Of a DNA stretch of 64,000 nt, positions 56,837 through 64,000 are shown piece after piece. A program made the translations under genes and the position numbers. The notes beneath the pieces were generated by a model. That model was not told where the DNA came from. It saw only the letters and a program-made list of their open reading frames with translations, and did not search any database. The stretch comes from Thermoproteota archaeon (GTDB lineage: Archaea; Thermoproteota; EX4484-205; JAAOZP01): contig JAWCNV010000007.1 in assembly GCA_038848185.1 (NCBI GenBank), positions 9,378 to 73,377 of the forward strand. The letters are read 5' to 3'. Every line of letters starts with the position of its first letter. Position 1 is the first letter of the stretch.

Positions 56837-57853
56837 GTGAAGGAGGCTGTTCTCTGGCATAAAGAGGGGGAGAGGGTGAGATGCAACCTTTGCGGGAGAC
56901 GCTGTTTAATCGCCGACAAGGCTTTAGGCATATGCCTCGTTAGGAAGAATATTGACAGCAAGCTCTACAGTCTTAACTACGGTAAGCTTATAGCTCTACA
57001 CGTCGACCCCATTGAGAAGAAGCCACTCTTCCACTTCCTTCCTGGAAACTTCACTTTCTCGATCGCCAGCGCTGGATGCAACTTTGCCTGCAAGTTTTGT
57101 GACAACTATGATATAAGTCAGGTTTATCGTGACAGGAGACTTGACCAAGTTCTTGGAGACGAATATACTCCTAAGGATGTTGTTAACCAAGCAGCATCCG
57201 AAGGCTGCAGGATAATAAGCTACACTTACACTGAGCCCACGATATTCTTCGAATTCGCCTATGATACTGCTAAGCTCGCCCATGAGAATGATATTAAGAA
57301 TACTTTTGTCACAAACGGCTACATGACGCCTGAGGCGGTTAAAATGATTGCACCGTACTTGGATGCTGCTACTGTGGACTTCAAATGCTCCGGTGACCCA
57401 GAGTGCTATAGGAAGATAATGGGTGTCCCTGATGTTAAGCCCGTATATGACTGCCTTATTGAGATGAAGAAGCAAGGAATCTTCATCGAGATTACGAATC
57501 TTGTGATACCAGGTTTCGACGATAATATGAATGGTTTCAGAAACCTTGTCAAATGGGTTAGGGACAACCTTGGCGGGGAGACTCCTCTTCACATACTCAG
57601 GTTCTTTCCAACATACAGGTTTTCAAATATTTCGGATACGCCCTTAGAAAGCCTCGAGAAAGCATACGAGGTAGCTAGGCAGGAAGGGATGAAGTTTGTC
57701 TATCTTGGTAATGTGCCGGGTCAAGGCGAAAACACTTATTGCCCGAATTGCGGAGAGCTGTTGATCGAGAGATTTGGGCTGATGATGAGTCGCAATAGGC
57801 TTAAGGGAGACAGATGTTTCAAGTGCGGGGCTAAAATACCTATCGTCATCTAA
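56837..57853 (+). CDS. AmmeMemoRadiSam-system radical SAM enzyme (PflA-like activase family)
   Basis: N-terminal CNLCGRRC zinc ribbon, radical SAM CNFACKFCDN, C-terminal CPNCG...CFKCG. Confidence 0.75.
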   Translation: MKEAVLWHKEGERVRCNLCGRRCLIADKALGICLVRKNIDSKLYSLNYGKLIALHVDPIEKKPLFHFLPGNFTFSIASAGCNFACKFCDNYDISQVYRDRRLDQVLGDEYTPKDVVNQAASEGCRIISYTYTEPTIFFEFAYDTAKLAHENDIKNTFVTNGYMTPEAVKMIAPYLDAATVDFKCSGDPECYRKIMGVPDVKPVYDCLIEMKKQGIFIEITNLVIPGFDDNMNGFRNLVKWVRDNLGGETPLHILRFFPTYRFSNISDTPLESLEKAYEVARQEGMKFVYLGNVPGQGENTYCPNCGELLIERFGLMMSRNRLKGDRCFKCGAKIPIVI

Positions 57854-57935
57854 TCTTTATAGGCGTCTGGCTAAACATATGTTCAGTTAACACTTTTCCG
57901 AGGGTTAGCAATACCCATAAATACTTCCAAAGAAT

Positions 57936-58742
57936 TTGATTAACGCCTTGCAGACGATATGTGTTATTGGTCTGGGAAAGATGGGTAGCATAATAGTCAG
58001 ACGCATCCTTAAAACGGGAGAATACAGAGTAGTCGCCACAGATATTGATCCTAACAGGCGTATGCTTGCCGAGTCACATGGTGCAGAGGTTTTCGAGACT
58101 AATAGGGATGCTGCAAAGAATGCTGACATAATTATTCTGGCGGTTAAACCTAAGGAAGTAGCCTCTGTTTTAAATAATGTTAAAGACTTTATAGACGGAA
58201 AGCTTGTGCTATCCATAGCTGCAGCAGTCACGCTGAACCACATGGAGAAGATTTCTCCAAACACCAGGTTCATCAGAGTCATGCCGAACATTCTGATAGA
58301 GGTTGACGAAGCATTCATCGCACTGTGCCCTGGTTCCAAGGCGGCAGAGGAAGATGTTGAGCTTGCCTCCAAGATTTTCAGTATAATGGGCGAGGTAGTA
58401 AGAGTTGGGGAGGAACTGATGGATGGGGTAACAGGGTTCTCAGGAAGCGGCCCTGCCTACGTTTTCGACATTATGGATGCGTTGGCGGATGCTGGTGTAA
58501 AGATCGGCCTACCTAAGGAGCTTTCACTCAAGATAGCGGCGAAGATGATGCTTGGCTCTGCTAAAATGGTGCTGGAGGGAAAAGGCAAGCCGATGGAGCT
58601 TAGAGACATGGTTACCACCCCCGGAGGCACAACTATAATGGGTCTTTATGAGCTTGAGAAAGGGGGAGTCAGGGCATCCATAATGAATGCTGTGGAGGCT
58701 GCTGCTAAGAGAGCCAAGGAATTGTCCGTAGCATTCTCGTGA
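57936..58742 (+). CDS. proC: Pyrroline-5-carboxylate reductase
   Basis: ICVIGLGKMGS Rossmann motif, ILAVKP, C-terminal dimerisation domain TTPGGTT. Confidence 0.85.
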   Translation: MINALQTICVIGLGKMGSIIVRRILKTGEYRVVATDIDPNRRMLAESHGAEVFETNRDAAKNADIIILAVKPKEVASVLNNVKDFIDGKLVLSIAAAVTLNHMEKISPNTRFIRVMPNILIEVDEAFIALCPGSKAAEEDVELASKIFSIMGEVVRVGEELMDGVTGFSGSGPAYVFDIMDALADAGVKIGLPKELSLKIAAKMMLGSAKMVLEGKGKPMELRDMVTTPGGTTIMGLYELEKGGVRASIMNAVEAAAKRAKELSVAFS

Positions 58743-58842
58743 TTCTGAAAAAAGCGATGGGAAAAAACTGGTCAATAAACATTTTTCCTAACCAACCCTT
58801 ATATCGAGCTTTTTCACCTGCCGGTATTCAACTAAAAGAAAA

Positions 58843-60675
58843 ATGAGTGTAGAAAAGCCGCTGCTTGACTACGTTAATTCGCTTAAGCCGAGGAAGAGTT
58901 TCACAGAGTCTATCGATGCCTTTGAAATGTTGATTAAATACCATAGGAAGTATCTCCTACTCATAATAATTGTGGTAATTCTCTCCTTCCTAAGAACCTA
59001 CTTGTTTACGCTTGAACCCCTCTACACTTCTCTGATAATAGACGACGTGATTATAGGTGGGGAACACGAGATGCTGGTAAGCTATGTCACGATAATCCTG
59101 CTGGTAGGTGTAGGGTTTGCGGTAGTAAACTTTTTCATAAGTTACTTGAACGGTTTAATAGCACTACTCATCATACGTGATATAAGGTCAGACTACTATA
59201 CGTCTCTACAAGCAAAATCCTTCAGCTTCTATGACTCTGTGGCGGTCGGCGACCTAGTTTCAAGAGCCACAATGGATCTACAGCCCGTCGATGCTTTTCT
59301 ACGCAGCTGGGTCAGCACTTTATTTAATGCAATATTCTCAGTAATCATCTTCTTCTCAGTCATGTATTCGATCAGCCCCTCAATGACCCTTATCTCCCTA
59401 ATACCGATGCCCTTAATCTTCTATTTTACAACTAGGCTCTGGGTTGAAACGATGCCGCTTTTCAGAATCATGCAGCTTATACTTGGCAGGCTTAGCGCAT
59501 ATATTCAGCAGAACATTATAGGAATGAAGACGGTAAGAATATTTAGGAGAGAAAAGGATGTTGTTGAAGGCTTTAAGAAGGCTGAGCAAGTATTCGTTGA
59601 GACAGCCATAACCGCTGGAAGAATACAATCCATATATATGCCTCTTCCCACAGCGATACTAACTCTTTCAATAGCTATGGTTTACGTTTATGCTACACAC
59701 TCGATTTACAACGCTGGAGCTATGCTGACTGTCGGAAGCATAATACTTTTCGCCAGATACATGATGCGCCTAAGCTTCCCCTTGAGGGATTTGAGCATGC
59801 TGCTGGGAACATGGATCAACGCGTCCGCAGGGTTGGAGAGGATTTTTGAAATAATGGATGCTCCGAGAGGCGTTGAGGATAAGCCCGGTGCTGATGACAT
59901 AACTATAAGAAACGGTATGGTTGAATTCCAGAACGTAACCTTCCAGTATGCTAACGGCAAGCCGGTTTTAAGAAACATAAGTTTCAGAGTCAACCCGGGC
60001 GAGAAGATCGCTATCCTAGGCGCAACCGGTTCAGGCAAATCATCTCTAGTATATCTTATTCCAAGGTTTTACGACGTCACCTCTGGAAGCATACTAATAG
60101 ATGGTGTGGACGTTAGAAGATTTAAACTATCCTCTTTAAGAAGACAGATAGGCATTGTTCCCCAAGACGTCTTCCTTTTCTCCGGAACAATCAAAGACAA
60201 CATTACTTTCGGAAAGCCGAATGCCTCAATGGAGGAGGTTGTTAAGGCTGCGGAGCTAGCTAAGATACGTGACTTCATAGAGTCTTTACCAGAGGGCTAT
60301 GATACTTTCGTCGGCGAGAGAGGAGTCACTCTTTCAGGAGGCCAGAGGCAGAGGATAACTATTGCTAGGGCAATACTGACAGACCCTAAGATACTTATAA
60401 TGGATGATTCATTATCCTTTGTAGATTCTAAGACTGAGCAAGAGATACAGTCTGCTATTGAGGAAGTGATTAAGGGAAGAACGACATTCATAATTGCGCA
60501 GAGACTGTCAACCATAAGAAACGCGGACAGGATAATGATTCTTGAGGATGGTGAGATTATCGAGTTCGGAACGCATGAAGAACTCATGGCTAGAGACGGG
60601 GCCTACAGGAGGATTTACGAGACTCAGTTCCTAGGTAAGGGTTTGGAAATCCTTTCCGCGGAGGTGGGTAAATAA
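58843..60675 (+). CDS. ABC exporter, fused TMD-NBD half-transporter (MsbA/type I exporter family)
   Basis: 6-TM domain then Walker A GATGSGKSS, LSGGQRQRI, IMDDSLSFVD, H-loop IAQRL. Confidence 0.85.
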   Translation: MSVEKPLLDYVNSLKPRKSFTESIDAFEMLIKYHRKYLLLIIIVVILSFLRTYLFTLEPLYTSLIIDDVIIGGEHEMLVSYVTIILLVGVGFAVVNFFISYLNGLIALLIIRDIRSDYYTSLQAKSFSFYDSVAVGDLVSRATMDLQPVDAFLRSWVSTLFNAIFSVIIFFSVMYSISPSMTLISLIPMPLIFYFTTRLWVETMPLFRIMQLILGRLSAYIQQNIIGMKTVRIFRREKDVVEGFKKAEQVFVETAITAGRIQSIYMPLPTAILTLSIAMVYVYATHSIYNAGAMLTVGSIILFARYMMRLSFPLRDLSMLLGTWINASAGLERIFEIMDAPRGVEDKPGADDITIRNGMVEFQNVTFQYANGKPVLRNISFRVNPGEKIAILGATGSGKSSLVYLIPRFYDVTSGSILIDGVDVRRFKLSSLRRQIGIVPQDVFLFSGTIKDNITFGKPNASMEEVVKAAELAKIRDFIESLPEGYDTFVGERGVTLSGGQRQRITIARAILTDPKILIMDDSLSFVDSKTEQEIQSAIEEVIKGRTTFIIAQRLSTIRNADRIMILEDGEIIEFGTHEELMARDGAYRRIYETQFLGKGLEILSAEVGK

Positions 60676-60677
60676 TA

Positions 60678-61739
60678 ATGTCAGGTCCATGGCGCACATT
60701 TTCATCAACTCAGGAGGAAGAAAGAAAGAGAACTACTCCAGACAGAATATTGATTAGGAGGCTTTATAAATATGTTAAGCCGTTCAGGAGGAATCTTGCG
60801 ATCGCAACCCTAGCGATAGTTCTAACTTCCATAACTGGATTAGCTTCACCCTACATGCATAAGGTGGCGATAGACCAGATAATACAGACTGGAAACCTTT
60901 CCAACTTTATATGGTGGATCCCGCTGTTCATACTGGTTGTCCTATGCAACTTCTTCTTCCAATATGTGCAGATATTCCAAATGAGGATAATTGGTGAAAA
61001 CGTTGTTTCACTCATAAGGGATGAGATTATGGAAAAACTCCAAATCATTTCCCTAAGATATTTTTCAGAGGGCGAGATAGGCAGAATAATCTCCAGACCC
61101 ATAAACGATGCGAATAATCTCAGGATATTTCTTAGAATGGGGTTTACCAGCATACTTCTCGACACCTCCTCCATATTGGGCACTTTCATCATCATGTTTA
61201 TGCTGGATTTCGAGCTGTCCGCCATAGCTTTATCCTTCATTCCTCTAGCCATCGCTATAATCTGGTTGCTTGGAAAATACTCCAGGAAAGTTTATAGAAA
61301 AACCCTTTCAACTCTAGCTGGTTTAACTGCGAGGATGCAGGAAGACCTGTCTGGAATAAAAATTACTCAAGCGTTCGTGCAGGAGGAGAAGGTGAGAAGG
61401 AGGTTCGAGGAAACTCAGGAGGAGAATCTTAAGGCGAATAAGAATGCGTTAAAAATATCCTCAGTCTACCAGCCAGTGGTCATCATAACAAGGATAATCG
61501 GGACGTTGATAATACTTTGGTATGGGACGATTTTTGTTGAAAGTGGAGCCATAACAATAGGCACTTTAGTAGCTTTCATAGAATACCAGTTCTCATACTT
61601 CATGCCGCTTGTAGATCTGGTGAATATTTCAGACCAATATAACTCTGCAATGGCTGCAGTCGAAAGGCTTTTCGACCTTATTGACACTAAGGTTGAGGTT
61701 GAGGAGCCTCCTCCTGAAATAGCGGTTGAACTAAAATGA
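60678..61739 (+). CDS. ABC exporter transmembrane domain (partner half, TMD only)
   Basis: 353 aa, 6 TM type-I exporter fold. Ends at the ATGA overlap with the next gene. Confidence 0.75.
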   Translation: MSGPWRTFSSTQEEERKRTTPDRILIRRLYKYVKPFRRNLAIATLAIVLTSITGLASPYMHKVAIDQIIQTGNLSNFIWWIPLFILVVLCNFFFQYVQIFQMRIIGENVVSLIRDEIMEKLQIISLRYFSEGEIGRIISRPINDANNLRIFLRMGFTSILLDTSSILGTFIIMFMLDFELSAIALSFIPLAIAIIWLLGKYSRKVYRKTLSTLAGLTARMQEDLSGIKITQAFVQEEKVRRRFEETQEENLKANKNALKISSVYQPVVIITRIIGTLIILWYGTIFVESGAITIGTLVAFIEYQFSYFMPLVDLVNISDQYNSAMAAVERLFDLIDTKVEVEEPPPEIAVELK

Positions 61740-62479
61740 TAGAAGAAGTAAGATTTGAGAACGTTACTTTCGGATATGACCCGGAGACCCCTGTTATAAG
61801 GGACATTAGTTTCACGCTTACACGCGGAAAGAAACTAGCTATAGTTGGGCCTACTGGCGCTGGGAAATCAACGATAATCAACTTGCTATCAAGATTTTAC
61901 GATCCTGACGAGGGCAGGATCCTTGTAAACAATACTGATTTAAAAAACATTCCAATCCTATCTTGGAGAGCAAGACTTAGCATAGTTCTCCAAGACTCCT
62001 TCCTTTTTCCAATGAGCGTGAAGGAGAACATAAGGTTTGGAAAACCTGATGCTTCAGACGAAGAGGTTGTTTCTGCCGCGAAAACCGTTGGGGCCCACGA
62101 GTTCATAATAAAGCTTCCTAACGGATATAACTACATGATACAAGAAGGATCCTCAAATATCTCCATCGGGCAGAGGCAGATGATAAGCTTCGCGAGAACC
62201 CTGTTGGCTAACCCAGAGATACTTGTTCTAGATGAGGCAACCTCCTCAGTCGACCCTTATACTGAGCTGGTTATACAGAGAGCTTTAAAGAAGCTTTTAA
62301 TGGGTAGGATGGCGATCATAATAGCTCACAGGCTTTCAACGATACGTCTGTGCGATGAAATACTGGTAATCAACAACGGGGTCATCGTGGAAAAAGGTAC
62401 CCATGAGGAGTTGATGCAGAAAGGAGGGTTATACAGCTCTTTCTACAGGCTCCAATTCATAGAGGAAAAAGGTTTCTAA
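61736..62479 (+). CDS. ABC exporter nucleotide-binding domain (partner half, NBD only)
   Basis: Walker A GPTGAGKST, signature ISIGQRQMI (degenerate), LVLDEATSSVD, H-loop IAHRL. Confidence 0.8.
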   Translation: MIEEVRFENVTFGYDPETPVIRDISFTLTRGKKLAIVGPTGAGKSTIINLLSRFYDPDEGRILVNNTDLKNIPILSWRARLSIVLQDSFLFPMSVKENIRFGKPDASDEEVVSAAKTVGAHEFIIKLPNGYNYMIQEGSSNISIGQRQMISFARTLLANPEILVLDEATSSVDPYTELVIQRALKKLLMGRMAIIIAHRLSTIRLCDEILVINNGVIVEKGTHEELMQKGGLYSSFYRLQFIEEKGF

Positions 62480-62563
62480 ACCCCTATTAACCTGAGCAAC
62501 CAGTTTGAGGAAACGCATCGAAAAATTTTAAAAACAGGTTTCAAAAATCCTGTCCATAAGGAG

Positions 62564-63940
62564 GTGCCTTCCTTGAGTGGAGTCAGGGAGATCTCTGAGT
62601 CTCTGCGGGAATGGGAAAGGATTGCAGCACACTCCCATATAACAGGCCTAGGCTTAGAAGGATTAAAAGCTAAGCCTGTTGCAAGCGGTATGGTAGGCCA
62701 AGTCGAGGCGAGAGAGGCGGCGGGCATTGTGGTACGGTTAATAAAAGAAGGAAAGTTTGCAGGAAGAGCCGTATTGCTCGCAGGGCCTCCGGGAACCGGA
62801 AAGACGGCAATTGCTACCGCCATAGCGAGAGAACTCGGTAGAGATGTTCCATTTGTACCATTAGCAGCAAGCGAAATATTCTCTGCGGATATTAAGAAGA
62901 CAGAGTTCCTAATGCAAACCCTTAGGAAAGCGATAGGAGCAAGGATACATGAAGTTAGAAAGATTTACGAGGGGGAAGTTAAGGAAGTCTCTATAGAGAA
63001 GGCTCCCCATCCATATAACCCTTATCAACAGATACCTGCAGGGGCAACGATAAAGATTGCGACCACTGATGAGTCCAAGAGACTTACGATGGACCAGAGT
63101 TTTGCAACCCAACTCATACAGCAGGGCATAGAGACAGGCGACATCGTTCAGATAGATCCTGAAGGAGGCAGAATTGTTAAACTTGGGAAGAGTAGGAAGA
63201 GTGTTGAAGATAAGAAGGTTGACCTCTCTACATCCCAGGTTCTGGATGTTCCGAACGGTAATGTTCTTAAGGAGAAGGAGTTTGTCTACCCTGTCACACT
63301 CTATGCTCTCGATATGGCTGCAGCTAGACGGGGAGGAGACATATTCAGCATATTCTTCGGTGGAAGAGAATCAAAAGAAATAGAGCCTGAGACCAGGAGG
63401 GAGGTGGATGAATACGTAAAGACACTGGTTCAAGAAGGCAGGTGCGAGCTTCTTCCAGGCGTGGTGTTTATAGATGAATGTAGTATGCTTGACATAGAGA
63501 CTTTCGCGTTTCTCAACAGGGCACTGGAGCAGGAGCTTGCTCCAATAATAATATTTGCAACGAACAGAGGCTTCTCCACAGTAAGAGGAACGGACATGAG
63601 GGCCCCCCACGGAATGCCTCTAGACCTTCTCGATAGGCTTTTAATAATAAACACGAAGCCATATGGCAGGGACGAGATCAGAAGGATTCTGGAAATAAGG
63701 GCGGAGGCTGAGAAGATCCCGATAAGTAAGGAAGCTGTGGAGTATTTGACTGAAATAGGCGTTAACACAAGCCTTAGATATGCTGTTCAGCTTATTGCTC
63801 CAGCGTTTGAACTGGCTAAGGAGAGAAAGGCGGATAGAATAGAGAAGGATCATGTAAGCTATGTTGAGAAGCTCTTTGTTGACGTTAAGAAATCCGTTGA
63901 ATATCTTCGAGAGTATGAGAAACAGTTCCTTGACCTTTAG
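62564..63940 (+). CDS. RuvB-like AAA+ ATPase TIP49 (Pontin/Reptin homolog)
   Basis: Walker A GPPGTGKTA, inserted OB-like domain II (aa 120-280), Walker B VFIDECSMLD, sensor/arginine finger region FATNRG. Confidence 0.85.
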   Translation: MPSLSGVREISESLREWERIAAHSHITGLGLEGLKAKPVASGMVGQVEAREAAGIVVRLIKEGKFAGRAVLLAGPPGTGKTAIATAIARELGRDVPFVPLAASEIFSADIKKTEFLMQTLRKAIGARIHEVRKIYEGEVKEVSIEKAPHPYNPYQQIPAGATIKIATTDESKRLTMDQSFATQLIQQGIETGDIVQIDPEGGRIVKLGKSRKSVEDKKVDLSTSQVLDVPNGNVLKEKEFVYPVTLYALDMAAARRGGDIFSIFFGGRESKEIEPETRREVDEYVKTLVQEGRCELLPGVVFIDECSMLDIETFAFLNRALEQELAPIIIFATNRGFSTVRGTDMRAPHGMPLDLLDRLLIINTKPYGRDEIRRILEIRAEAEKIPISKEAVEYLTEIGVNTSLRYAVQLIAPAFELAKERKADRIEKDHVSYVEKLFVDVKKSVEYLREYEKQFLDL

Positions 63941-64000
63941 GAAGCTTTTAAAGTAAGGATTCATGATACAGGCATGCCTCTCACATGGGTATGGAGAAAG

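Overview
This window reads as an archaeal chromosomal segment, probably a thermophilic TACK/Crenarchaeota- or Korarchaeota-like lineage. The evidence for that is archaeal-type Trm5, flavin-dependent ThyX, split cobalamin-independent MetE, TIP49 and GTPBP1-like GTPase homologs, VapBC, BRE/TATA boxes about 30 nt upstream of leaderless starts mixed with Shine-Dalgarno-led genes, frequent TTG/GTG starts, and many 4-8 nt gene overlaps. I call about 65 genes and no rRNA, tRNA, CRISPR array or transposase.

Main content:
- Two inositol-like sugar-catabolism modules (Gfo/Idh/MocA dehydrogenase, xylose-isomerase-like TIM-barrel enzyme, MFS transporter).
- A beta-glycan locus: an ACT-V4R sensor-like protein, a GH1 beta-glycosidase and a GH130 mannoside phosphorylase, with a stand-alone LigD 3'-phosphoesterase between the two hydrolases.
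- A folate/one-carbon island: MetF-like, a split MetE pair, glyA, a membrane protein and thyX.
- Five ABC systems, including a thiamine-type importer and a binding-protein-less paralog with two ATPase genes plus a PhoU-like DUF47.

The strongest non-coding signal is a textbook TPP (THI-box) riboswitch at about 8647-8790, immediately upstream of the ABC substrate-binding protein gene. Downstream of the aptamer there is an anti-SD/SD pairing option, which suggests translational control; this class of element is uncommon in archaea.

Other items worth a second look:
- An orphan 474-aa protein with metzincin-spaced HExxHxxxxxH and a C-terminal Cys cluster (37411-38835).
- A VapC PIN gene with no canonical start codon.
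- A 580-bp divergent intergenic region carrying a perfect 16-bp direct repeat.
- A split ABC half-transporter.
- A lone Cys-type FdhF-like molybdoenzyme next to a membrane-tethered HTH regulator.
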